NCBI GenBank assembly: GCA_964016885.1
Contig: OZ024740.1
Span: 435,364,001-435,428,000 of the forward strand
Source of the DNA: Eledone cirrhosa
Lineage: Eukaryota
Length of the DNA stretch: 64,000 bases
Direction: 5' to 3'
Shown: positions 1-10,036 of the stretch, one piece after another
Layout: every line of letters starts with the position of its first letter
How positions within the stretch are numbered: the first letter of the stretch is position 1
Translations under genes and position numbers: made by a program
The notes under the pieces: generated by a model
The model's input: the letters and a program-made list of their open reading frames with translations, nothing else
Database searches by the model: none
What the model was told of the DNA's origin: nothing

Positions 1-3000
1 ATTCGACCAATCAAACCTAGCATGCCATTTCCACTGCTGCTGCTACTACCTGCCTAACTAACTCTCTCCTCCTCTGGCGCATCCCAACACACCCTGCCAT
101 TACCCCACCACCACTGTTCTTCTAGCCCTCAATTTTCCCACCGTTATGGATGGATGAGCTGGGAATACACGAGCAACTCTGAATCAATAGATGAAATATG
201 AATCTGCGAGCTACCAAGCACCCACGTGAAGCGCCAACCCAGAGACCCTCCCCTACGAGTGTCGACAAATGCCCAAAACTCCGAGTTGGTACCATCAATG
301 TAGGCTCAATGAAAGGAAGAGCAGGAGAAATCGTAGAAATGCTAGAGCGAAAGGAAGTTGATGTATGCTGTGTGCAAGAGACTAGATGGAGAGGAGGGTC
401 TGCTAGAGTCCTTGTAGGAAAAAGCCAGTGCTACAAATTTTTCTGGGTGGGAAATGACGATGGGATGGGTGGTGTAGGTATACTATTAGCTGACAAGTGG
501 GTAGATAAAGTAATCTCAGTGTACAGGGTAAATGCAAGAATCATTAAACTTAGACTAGTCCTGAATAAGACAATTACCACAATAATATCAGCTTACGCAC
601 CCCAATCGGGGCTCCCAGACGAACTTAAGGATAGGTTTTACGAGTCCCTAATACACACTACTGCTCTAACAGACGACAAGGACTTCCTAATCATTGCAGG
701 AGATTTTAACGGACACGTAGGTAAACACTGCGACGGCTTCAATAGAGTACATGGAGGCCATGGAGTTGGCACAAGGAATGAGGAAGGATTCAGACTTCTA
801 GAATTCTGCGACGCCAATGACATGTCGATATGTAACACAAACTTTAAAAAACCCGACAACCACCTGATCACCTATAGATCAGGGGAGCACTCTAGTCAGT
901 TAGATTTTATCCTCATCAGAGGACGTGACAGATGGACGGTCGTAAACACAAAAGCCTTCCCTAGTGAGGAATGTACATCCCAACATAGCTTAGTTGTCAG
1001 CGACCTCACGGTCAGAACTAGACGAGCCCTGAAACAGAGGCCAACCTGGAGAAGAAAGATCTGGAAGCTGAAAGTCCCCTCAACCAGTAACAGATTTAAA
1101 GATATTTTACTCAACGCCTACGACAGTAAAGAAGAACAGATAGAGACATTTAACGTAAAAGAGAACTGGGAGTTCCTAAAAAATAACTTACTAGAGGCGA
1201 CGGATGAGGTTTGTGGCTGGAGTAAGACCTCAAGCAGGAGGAGAGTGACTTGGTGGTGGAACAATAAGGTAGATGAAGCAGTCAAGGCCAAGAGACAGGC
1301 ATGGAAAGAATGGAAGAACGGGGGGAGCAGGGTACATTACATAGAGACCAAGAGGGAAGCTAGGCGACAAGTATACTTAGCTAGGAGGGAAGCAGAGGAT
1401 AGAAAATTCAAGCATGTTTTACAACGTGAGGACCAGAAACAGGAGGTATTCAAGATTGCGAGGCAGTGTGTCAGAGATAGTTGTGATGTCATTGGAGAGA
1501 AGTGTATCCGGAATGATAAAGGTGAGCTTGCCCTCACAAGTGCTGAGAAGAAAGATGCATGGAAGAGTCATTATGATAGATTACTAAATGAGGAGAATGC
1601 ATGGGAAGAAGAGACCCTACCCCACGTAGACCCTATAGAGGGACCAGCAGTACAAGTCAGCGGCAGCGTAGTAAGTAAGGCAATCAGAGATATGAAGATA
1701 GGGAAGGCAACCGGTCCATCGGGTATAGCTGCCGAGATGCTGAAGGCATCTGGGTCTGTAGGTCACACTATAACCACACGTATCGTTAACCAGGTAATAC
1801 TAGAGGGGGCCATACCAAAAGATTGGTGCAGTAGCATCATTGTCAACTGCTACAAAGGTAAAGGCGATGCACTAGATAGAGGAAACTATAGAGGTATAAA
1901 GTTGATGGACCAGGTCATGAAAGTAACAGAAAGAGTTATAGCACAGCTGATTAGGGACCGGGTGAATATAGACGAGATGCAATTTGGGTTTGTACCAGGG
2001 AAAGGCACCACTGATGCCCTCTTCCTTGTGAGGCAATTACAGGAAAAGTACCTAGCTAAAAGTAAGCCACTCTACTTGGCATTTGTCGACCTTGAGAAAG
2101 CCTTTGACAGAGTTCCACGTGCAGTAATCTGGTGGGCTCTTAGAAAACTAGGAGTAGATGAATGGCTTGTGAAAGCGGTACAAGCCATGTATAGGGGAGC
2201 AGTCAGCAAAGTTAGGATTGGCAATGAGTATAGCGAGGAATTTAGCGTACAGGTTGGGGTCCACCAGGGCTCTGTTCTTAGCCCTCTCCTGTTCATCATA
2301 GTCCTGCAGGCAATAACGGAGGAGTTTAAGACCGGATGCCCATGGGAACTCCTGTATGCTGATGACCTCGCACTCATAGCTGAATCTATGGTAGAACTAG
2401 AGAATAAATTCCAAACCTGGAAGCAGGGACTAGAGAGAAAGGGCCTCAAAGTCAACATGACAAAGACTAAGGTCCTTGTAAGTAGACGAGAAAACAGAAC
2501 CCAGATCCCCTCAGGGAAATGGCCTTGCTCAGTATGTAGGAAAGGTGTAGGTAGAAACTCCATTCTCTGCCCCAAATGCAAACAATGGGTACACAAGAGA
2601 TGTAGCGGGATCTCAGGAAGCTTAATTAAGAATGTAGGATTCACATGCAGCAGCTGTGCTGAAACAGCAAGCAAACAGCCACAGGAAACAAGTACCACCA
2701 ATCTCTGGGAGGGCCCTGTAGAAACAGTAGACAGCTTCTGCTACCTAGGTGACCGAATTAGCAACGAAGGTGGGTGCTCAGAAAGTACAATAACTAGGGT
2801 AAGAACGGGATGGAAGAAGTTTAGGGAACTACTACCACTGCTAGCTGCAAAAGGCTTCTCCCTCAGAATGAAAGGCAGACTGTATGATGCGTGTATCCGA
2901 ACAGCGATGTTGCATGGTAGTGAGACCTGGGCGCTGAAGGTGGAAGACTTACGTAGATTAGAGAGAAACGAAGCCTGCATGCTCCGATGGATGTGTAACA

Positions 3001-3618
3001 GTAATATACGTGAACGACAAAGCATAAAGGAATTGAGAGAGAGACTGAGCATAAGAGGAATCAAATGCTGCGTGCAGGAGAGGCGGTTACGCTGGTATGG
3101 ACATGTGATGCGTATGAAGGATGACAGCTGCATAAAAAGGTGCAGAGCACTAGAAGTTGATGGAAACCGCGGAGTGGGGAGACCCAAGATGACTTGGGAT
3201 GAGGTGATAAAAGACGACCTTACCCAACTACACCTCTCAAAGTCAATGACACACGACCGTGACTTCTGGCGTCACGCAGTAATACAGGGTACCCGACCTC
3301 CCATGGGTACATGCTGAAGCATATAAACAATATGCCCCCCCCCCTCCACCGCAAGGTGGCAGTGGAGGTGCCACGGCAAAAAAGCACCCAGCCCACACTG
3401 TAAAGTGGACGTGTAGGCGCCACGAAAAAGCACCCAGCACTCACTGTAAATGAGGTTGGTGTTAGGAAGGGCATCCAGCTGTAGAAATCAAGCCAGATCA
3501 GTTCCTGTATGAGCAAGGCATGGTCAGCCGACCAGACACTGCCCACAACAGGACAACCCGTCTAACCCATGCTAGCGTGGAAGAACGGACGTAAAACGGT
3601 GATGATGATGATGATGAT
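1..3618 (+). mobile_element. Near full-length RTE LINE (5' end may lie outside the window), inside a PIN1 intron, antisense to PIN1
   Basis: ORF followed by a 3' UTR (3318-3598) and a (GAT)n tail ending at 3618 that abuts an (AT)n tract. Confidence 0.93.
198..3317 (+). CDS. Intact ORF of RTE-clade non-LTR retrotransposon: APE endonuclease + reverse transcriptase with internal PHD-like finger
   Basis: 1039-aa uninterrupted ORF. APE motifs: TINV, CVQETRW, AYAPQ, AGDFNGHVG, LDFIL. RT motifs: NYRGIKL, QFGF, FVDLEKAFD, GVHQGSVLSP, YADD (2355-2366), YLG. RTE-type C-terminus RRLRWYGHVMR...GRPKMTW. Confidence 0.97.
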   Translation: MNLRATKHPREAPTQRPSPTSVDKCPKLRVGTINVGSMKGRAGEIVEMLERKEVDVCCVQETRWRGGSARVLVGKSQCYKFFWVGNDDGMGGVGILLADKWVDKVISVYRVNARIIKLRLVLNKTITTIISAYAPQSGLPDELKDRFYESLIHTTALTDDKDFLIIAGDFNGHVGKHCDGFNRVHGGHGVGTRNEEGFRLLEFCDANDMSICNTNFKKPDNHLITYRSGEHSSQLDFILIRGRDRWTVVNTKAFPSEECTSQHSLVVSDLTVRTRRALKQRPTWRRKIWKLKVPSTSNRFKDILLNAYDSKEEQIETFNVKENWEFLKNNLLEATDEVCGWSKTSSRRRVTWWWNNKVDEAVKAKRQAWKEWKNGGSRVHYIETKREARRQVYLARREAEDRKFKHVLQREDQKQEVFKIARQCVRDSCDVIGEKCIRNDKGELALTSAEKKDAWKSHYDRLLNEENAWEEETLPHVDPIEGPAVQVSGSVVSKAIRDMKIGKATGPSGIAAEMLKASGSVGHTITTRIVNQVILEGAIPKDWCSSIIVNCYKGKGDALDRGNYRGIKLMDQVMKVTERVIAQLIRDRVNIDEMQFGFVPGKGTTDALFLVRQLQEKYLAKSKPLYLAFVDLEKAFDRVPRAVIWWALRKLGVDEWLVKAVQAMYRGAVSKVRIGNEYSEEFSVQVGVHQGSVLSPLLFIIVLQAITEEFKTGCPWELLYADDLALIAESMVELENKFQTWKQGLERKGLKVNMTKTKVLVSRRENRTQIPSGKWPCSVCRKGVGRNSILCPKCKQWVHKRCSGISGSLIKNVGFTCSSCAETASKQPQETSTTNLWEGPVETVDSFCYLGDRISNEGGCSESTITRVRTGWKKFRELLPLLAAKGFSLRMKGRLYDACIRTAMLHGSETWALKVEDLRRLERNEACMLRWMCNSNIRERQSIKELRERLSIRGIKCCVQERRLRWYGHVMRMKDDSCIKRCRALEVDGNRGVGRPKMTWDEVIKDDLTQLHLSKSMTHDRDFWRHAVIQGTRPPMGTC

Positions 3619-3648
3619 ATATGTATATATATATATATATATATGTAC

Positions 3649-3684
<36 letters not shown>

Positions 3685-3700
3685 GTACATATGTATATAT

Positions 3701-4216
3701 ATCATCACTGTTTTACGTCCGTTCTTCCACGCTAGCATGGGTTAGACAGGTTGTCCTGTTGCGGGTAATGTCCGGTTGGCTGACTTTGTCTTGCTCATAT
3801 GGGAACTAATTCTGGCTTGACTTCTACAGCTGGATGCCCTTCCTAACACCAACCACATTTACAGTGAATGCTGGGTGCTTTTTCCCGTGGCACCTACACG
3901 TCCCTATACAGTGTGGCCTGGGGTGCTTTTTTGCCGTGGCACCTCCACGACCGCTTTGCAGTGGGAGAGTGTGGGGCATATTGTCCATATGCTCCAGCTT
4001 GTACCCGTGGGTGTGGGGGGGGGGGGGTCTTCTGTATTACTGCGTGACGTCAGAGGTTATGGTCGTGTGTCATCGCCTTTGAGAGGTGTAATTGGGTATG
4101 GTCGGCTTTTATCACCTCATCCCAGGTCTGCTTGGGTCTCCCCACTCTGCAGTTTCCATCAACTTCTACTGCTCTGCACCTTTTTATGCAGCTGTCATTC
4201 TTCCTACGCATCACAT
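3701..4216 (-). mobile_element. 5'-truncated RTE 3' end, tail-to-tail with the full-length copy
   Basis: Reverse complement matches about 3102-3610 (ORF end, 3' UTR, ATC tail). Confidence 0.92.
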
Positions 4217-4413
4217 TCATATGTACATATGTATATATATATATATATGTACATATGTATATATATATATGTACATATGTGTGTGTGTGTGATTAAAAGG
4301 TTTCAATTAATTTTAGGAAATTTGTCAAGATTATGGCCATTGGTGGTATGAGAGACACCCCATCGTCGTCTCGGTAAAGGTTTTAATTAAGGTACTTAAT
4401 ACATAGAGTAGAA

Positions 4414-4522
4414 ATATTTGATATAGAAATGGCAGGACTAGAACTGTTTCATTCGAGAGAAATCATCATGAAGCCCAATGAAACAGCTGTAGTCCTGTAG
4501 AAGCCATTTCTATATTAAATAT
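4414..4522. mobile_element. Palindromic Penelope-like terminus with degenerate hammerhead
   Basis: Inverted arms GGACTAGAACTGTTTCATT / AATGAAACAGCTGTAGTCC. Minus strand reads GGCTTC-ATGATGA...GAAACAG. Related copies at 22484-22597 and about 5341-5403. Confidence 0.55.
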
Positions 4523-4586
4523 ATATATATATAAATTTGAGTTCGTGTTGGTTGCTTATTGACACTTCAGTATGTAGGTTAGAGCA

Positions 4587-4625
<39 letters not shown>

Positions 4626-6260
4626 TATACACACATATGTATGTATAATATATGTCATTCGCATTAGTGATGATATGGGGAGATGTTTTTGAAGCATTTC
4701 CAGTTGTTTTCTTTAAATCCTGAATCCCAATATATAAATATTCTAGGAATTATATCAATTAGAGTATTATATTAAACTGTTTGGTCCCATCAGGCAGATC
4801 TATGAGCTAAAATACCTCGGACGTGATCAGAGAATTGGTTTTCCAGATTGTTCATCTCAGACTACATTATACAGATAAAATATTATTTAGTACCGGAAAA
4901 TTTTCAGGGTCATCTTTTAAGTTTGTGTTTATTAGTTGTACTTTTCACAGCCTAAACGTAAGTAGGTTTTCATATATGAAAAAAGGAATCTAAATAAAAT
5001 AACGTGATCCAGAAAAATTATTAATTTGTTAATTAAAGAAGAAAAACAATGGACAAAAATATGTGGCGGTTGTGATGAGGAAAGAGAACTTCCAGAGTAA
5101 TCAGAGAAGATGGAGAAGGAATAGAACTGAAAACTGATATAGATATAGTCGGAGTTTCATATATATATATATATACACACACATATACTGATATCTTATC
5201 CCGCCCTCCTATATATTACTCAATATATATATTTACAATGTGCTTATAAACCAAAATTAAAAGCTCAAGGCATTTAATCACCAACACCTAGTAAATAAAT
5301 GAGCAAAATTTATTATCATTAATATTACTATTTAGAGAGATATGGCTTGTACAGGACTAGAACTGTTTCAGATATATATGTATCTATATATATGAAACAG
5401 TCCTATATATATATATATATATATATATACAATTATTGGTAATGAAAATCATATTATAGTGGTAAGTTTCCGGCGAATAAAATATTTGAAGTTTAGATTT
5501 TCACTGATAATGTCCTTGGGAAAGGCATGGATGGAAGTCGCATAATTTCCTGAGTAATTGTATGGCTTCTGCCAAAAACTGAAATTATCTTATAGCTCCT
5601 GTCATCTACATACACCGTAATTTGCCGGCATCTAGACTTACCATCCCGGCTTGTAGCTATTTCATTTAACTTGCTAATATCTTTCAGAAAGGCATTAATG
5701 CCATAAAGTATCCTCTCTGCTCTAAATTAGAAGCCTTGTGCAGATGTAGAATATTAGATTCTTAGACTAAGGGCGGCAAACTGTTCGTCTCAGAATATAC
5801 CACATGGTTTTATAACTGAAGTAGATTTCTCGACCTAATCTAGAGAAAGAATATATTTTTTATAGTTTTGGTAGAATTTAGGAAACAGAAGAAAAACAAT
5901 AGGAAAAGGCCGTGTGACAAATTATATAGATAAAAAAAAATCAATTAAATATATTGGAATAAAAGAAGTGTGCTTACAAGAGATGAGATTTCTGACAATT
6001 ATAGATTATAACGACATTATATATTTCGTGATAGATTATTGTGTGTGTATCTATATGTATATTTATCTATATATATGTGTGTATATACATATATTTATAT
6101 AATATTTATATTTATATGTGTGTGTATTTATCTATCTATGTGTGTATATATATATGAAAAAATTTCCTAATTAGTTTTTGAAACAGAAATAAAAAAATTC
6201 AACACAGATTAAAATGAAGAATTGAAATTTTTCCAAAATTATGTTAAAAATAAATCTCAC

Positions 6261-6312
6261 CAGAGCTACGACTGACTCGTTTTTCCCAACCATCTGGTAA
6301 CTGATCTCCCAT
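6261..6312 (-). CDS. PIN1: First coding exon of peptidyl-prolyl isomerase Pin1 (start of WW domain)
   Basis: Minus strand reads ATG GGA GAT CAG TTA CCA GAT GGT TGG GAA AAA CGA GTC AGT CGT AGC TCT G|GTGAGA = MGDQLPDGWEKRVSRSS(G). This matches the Pin1 N-terminus LPPGWEKRMSRSSG, with a phase-1 donor at the position I recall for human PIN1 intron 1. Confidence 0.9.
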
Positions 6313-6669
6313 GATGATTTCTTGATAGATACGGCTGATTGAAATAGATTTTTGTGCGCCTATTATTACAGCGCCAGATTACCGGTGTCAACTGAAAATA
6401 GTTACACTCTTATATTATTTCTGGATTTATCTAATACCATTTAATGTTGCATTTTTTTTTTAATTCTTTTATTTAGTTTAGATTTTATTTTAGTTCTTTC
6501 TCTTTTTTTAATGTATGTTATTTATTTTTATATTTTTTACGAGAAAAATTATTCAATAATGGATACTATTTTTTGATTGAGTATATATATATAAATACTA
6601 AATCAAAAAATAGTATCTTTATTGAACCTTTATTTGTCTGCCTCTCTGTTTTGTTCCCGTCCAAATTTG

Positions 6670-6739
<70 letters not shown>

Positions 6740-7330
6740 GAAAGGTATAGAAAGTATTGTAGCAAGAAGCCAACAGTATTCCATAATATATAAGTGACTA
6801 TAGCGTCAAAATGGGAAAATAGTTAACGTAAGATGAGGGAAAAATAATTCAAACTCAATTCAAAAAGAAACAGGATATAGATTTATCCAACAGAATTTAG
6901 TGAAATCCAGGGGAAAATCAATAGAGTCTTAACTCATGGTAAAATAAAGTTTAAAATACTCATCCTTCAATTTGGGACAACTACAAATGCTCTGTATAGT
7001 CTTGAAAAAGACTATTTCACGAAAACTTTCAGTGGAGATGGTCACGGTTGGAATACGATCATCAGCAGAGCTCAACACGATAGCCAGATTCTCACTGATT
7101 AATATGCCAAAAAGGGAATTTAAAAGCAGGCTAGTTTAACATCATGCGTGATTATGAAAATAAAACGCACATGTGGAAAAACAGGGCTGGTGACGTCAGA
7201 ATGAGATGAATGTTTGTTTACATAAAACAACAGTGAAAAACATTCCGAAAAAAACTCTACAATAAGGAGATATACAGAGCGATGTAAAATCCCGACCGTG
7301 GCGTCAAGCGGTTTCAGCTTGTGTGTTCAG
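6313..7330 (-). promoter_or_regulatory. Putative PIN1 5' UTR / promoter region
   Basis: Mostly non-repetitive and relatively CpG-rich. TTTTCAGTT on minus at about 6398-6390 is either an Inr-like TCAGTT or a splice acceptor. Perfect CRE palindrome TGACGTCA at 7191-7198. Confidence 0.5.
6989..7071 (-). ncRNA. Candidate type I hammerhead ribozyme
   Basis: Minus strand: GCTCTG-CTGATGA-[40 nt]-GAAA-TAGTCTT-tttc-AAGACTA-TA-CAGAGC. Core intact, 6-bp stem I, 8-bp stem III, AUA cleavage triplet. Stem II pairs poorly. Confidence 0.55.
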
Positions 7331-7851
7331 CAAGCCTTTCATACATATGCCTTATACAGTTGCATCATCAACTCTTGTAATCTACCTAATGTATATGTGT
7401 GCCAAAAATAAAACTTTAAATAGGTCTTTTCTAATCGCCATCAAATATGTTTAAGCGATTAATTTCCAGTTATCTCCGGCCAAATATGGTAATCTGAATT
7501 ATCTGACAAACCATCGTCCACCTATATATGGTAATTTAGACAATGGTCAGGTGTGGTAATCACGCCCCGTTATAGATAAACTGTCAAAGAAGTTTGGCGG
7601 CCCTTTAAAAGGTTGATGTCAACCAACCAGTAGGATGACATTCAGAAGACCATACTTGAAGGATTACCAAATTCTGGTGATAGATTAATGCTGCCAGTGT
7701 TGTTGGCTGGTCTCACAATCTACCGTTGATCCTTGTCGTGTGATGTGTGACAGATTGTCACATTTGGCCGTCGATTGATGGTCGGTTTTCTTTTTATTTC
7801 CCTTCTTTTTTTCTTTCTCTCGCTCTGGTAATATATTTTGGTGTGTTATAT

Positions 7852-8030
7852 TTGGCAGTATCGGTAGAGTGTCGGACGCCATGCTTTCCAGCATAGTTAC
7901 GTCCCTTTACGATCTGAGTTCAAATCCCGCCGAGGTTGACTTTGCCTTTCATCCTTACGGGGTCGATAAAATAAAGTACCAGTAATGCACTGGGTAATTG
8001 CTGGCCTTGTGCCTAAAGTAGAAACAGTTA
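7852..8030 (+). mobile_element. tRNA-derived SINE, family A
   Basis: TGGCAGTATCGGTAG head, GAGTTCAAATC B box, conserved CTTTGCCTTTCATCCTTACGGGGTCGATAAAATAAAGTACCAG body. More than 10 copies in the window. Confidence 0.85.
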
Positions 8031-8093
8031 TATTTGTGAGGTTCCTAGCAATAGTTAATTATTTATTTTGGGGAGGTTCCTTGCAATAGTTAA

Positions 8094-8250
8094 TTGTATT
8101 TATTGTATGTTTATATTTTCATTCTGATAGAATTGTGAACAATTTGTAACGTTATTTATAGTAGAGTTAGTATAATTGTCTACATTCTTATGTTTATTGT
8201 CATCCCTATACATTTGTCTTTATATTAATGGAAAACTCAGCCTGGTTAAA
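8094..8250 (+). mobile_element. 3' UTR fragment of a CRE-like retrotransposon
   Basis: 8094-8158 closely matches 24707-24772, which follows the CRE ORF remnant. Confidence 0.55.
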
Positions 8251-8317
8251 GAATGATGTATCTACTGTTTGGACGGCTCAGTCTTTAATCAAATATTGCC
8301 AGCAAAGATTATTAGCA

Positions 8318-8574
8318 TAAATATAAGTATGTACACGTACATACATATATGTATACAGACGTACAGTAGTATGTATATATATATACATACACGCACACAT
8401 ATATATATGTACGTATGGATTCATCGAACATTTATTATAATGCTCGGTGCATTATAATAAATGTTCAGTGAATCCATACGTACATATATATATGTGTGCG
8501 TGTATGTATATATATATACATACTACTGTACGTCTGTATACATATATGTATGTACGTGTACATACTTATATTTA
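8318..8574. repeat. Near-perfect palindrome, arms about 125 bp
   Basis: Arms are reverse complements around a short spacer at about 8444-8448, with only one small mismatched patch. Confidence 0.95.
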
Positions 8575-8640
8575 AGTAACAGCTGTACTAAGAGTGGGAA
8601 ATGAAATTTCGTTTCATTTTTTCCGTTTATTATTAGCATA

Positions 8641-8778
8641 GTTAGGTCCCTTTACGGTCTGAGTTCAAATCCCGCCAAGGTTAACGTTGCCTTTCATCCT
8701 TACGGGGTCGATAAAATAAAGTACCAGTAATGCACTGGGATAATTGCTGGCATCGTGCTAAAAGTAGAAACAATTATT
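8641..8778 (+). mobile_element. SINE family A, 5'-truncated
   Basis: Matches the body of 7852-8030. Confidence 0.8.
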
Positions 8779-8964
8779 TCTTCTGTGCAATGTTAAATAT
8801 TCTTACACTTAATAGTTTAACCAAAACATTCAGCTGGTAAGGGACTTTGTTTTGAGAGGGAGATCTATTGGAAATATTGCCAATAATTGTTAGGTGGTGT
8901 TAATAGAAATAATTTGTGTTTAGAGTGGAAAAGGTAGTTAAGGGCTTGCTGGCGGGGGATACTG

Positions 8965-9255
8965 GAGGGGTGGGGACCTGAGTGTTGTACCACCTCTGGT
9001 GTGAGTGACGACCTGAGTGTTGTACCACCTCTGGAGGGGGTGGGGACCTGAGTGTTGTACCACCTCTGGTGGGGGTGAGGGACCTGAATATGGTAACACC
9101 TCTGGTGGGGGTGGGGACCTGAGTATGGTAACACCTCTGGTGGGGGTAGGGACCTGACTGTGGTAACACCTCTGGTGGGGGTGGGAACCTGAGTATGGTA
9201 ACACTTCTCTATTGAGGAGTATACTGGTGGGGGTGGGGACCTGAGTGGGGTACCA
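8965..9255. repeat. G-rich minisatellite, unit about 35 bp
   Basis: GGGGTGGGGACCTGAGTRTKGTAMCACCTCTGGTG repeated about 8 times. Confidence 0.9.
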
Positions 9256-9341
9256 CCACTCTATTAAGGTAGACGGAGGTAGTTGTGTTAGCCATCCGTT
9301 TTCATTGTTATATCATTCTACTTATATAAGACAGCTAATTC

Positions 9342-10036
9342 TCCATATGTAATATCACCATATGTAATATCACCACCATATGTAATATCCCCATATGTAA
9401 TATCACCATATGTAATATCATCATATGTAATATCATCATATGTAATATCATCATATGTAATATCATCATATGTAATATCACCAGCATATGTAATATTACC
9501 ATCACATGTAATATCACCATATGTAATATCACCATATGTAATATCATCATATGTAATATCCCCACCATATGTAATATCACCATATGTAATATCACCACCA
9601 TATGTAATATCACCATATGTAATATCACCTTATATAATATCATCATATGTAATATCACCATCACATGTAATATTACCATATGTAATATCACCATATGTAA
9701 TAACATCATATGTAATATCACCATCACATGTAATATCACCACCATATGTAATATCACCACCATATGTAATATCACTGCCATATGTAATATCACCATATGT
9801 AATATCACCAGCATATGTAATCTTACCACCATATGTAATATCACCACATGTAATATCACCATATCTAATATTACCACCATATGTAATATCACCATATGTA
9901 ATATCACCATATGTAATATCATCATATGTAATATCACCACCATATGTAATATCACCATCATATATAATATCACCGCCATATGTAATATCACCATATGTAA
10001 TATCACCACCATATGTAATATTACCATATGTAATAT
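9342..10036. repeat. 15/18-bp minisatellite, left part
   Basis: (CAC)1-2-CATATGTAATAT tandem units. Confidence 0.95.

Noticed and set aside
4660-5900. Possible further Penelope RT debris or PIN1 exon 2
   Set aside because: No YYFN/SQWERP-like WW continuation seen on the minus strand, and the RT-like words are too degenerate to call.
7030-7066. C/D snoRNA reading of the TGATGA...CTGA motif on the minus strand
   Set aside because: Boxes are under 40 nt apart with no terminal stem or later D box. The hammerhead fold explains more of the sequence.
7646-7830. U3 snoRNA call
   Set aside because: Only the first 12 nt or so and a loose box C match; C', B and D boxes are unconvincing. Kept only as an unnamed candidate RNA.
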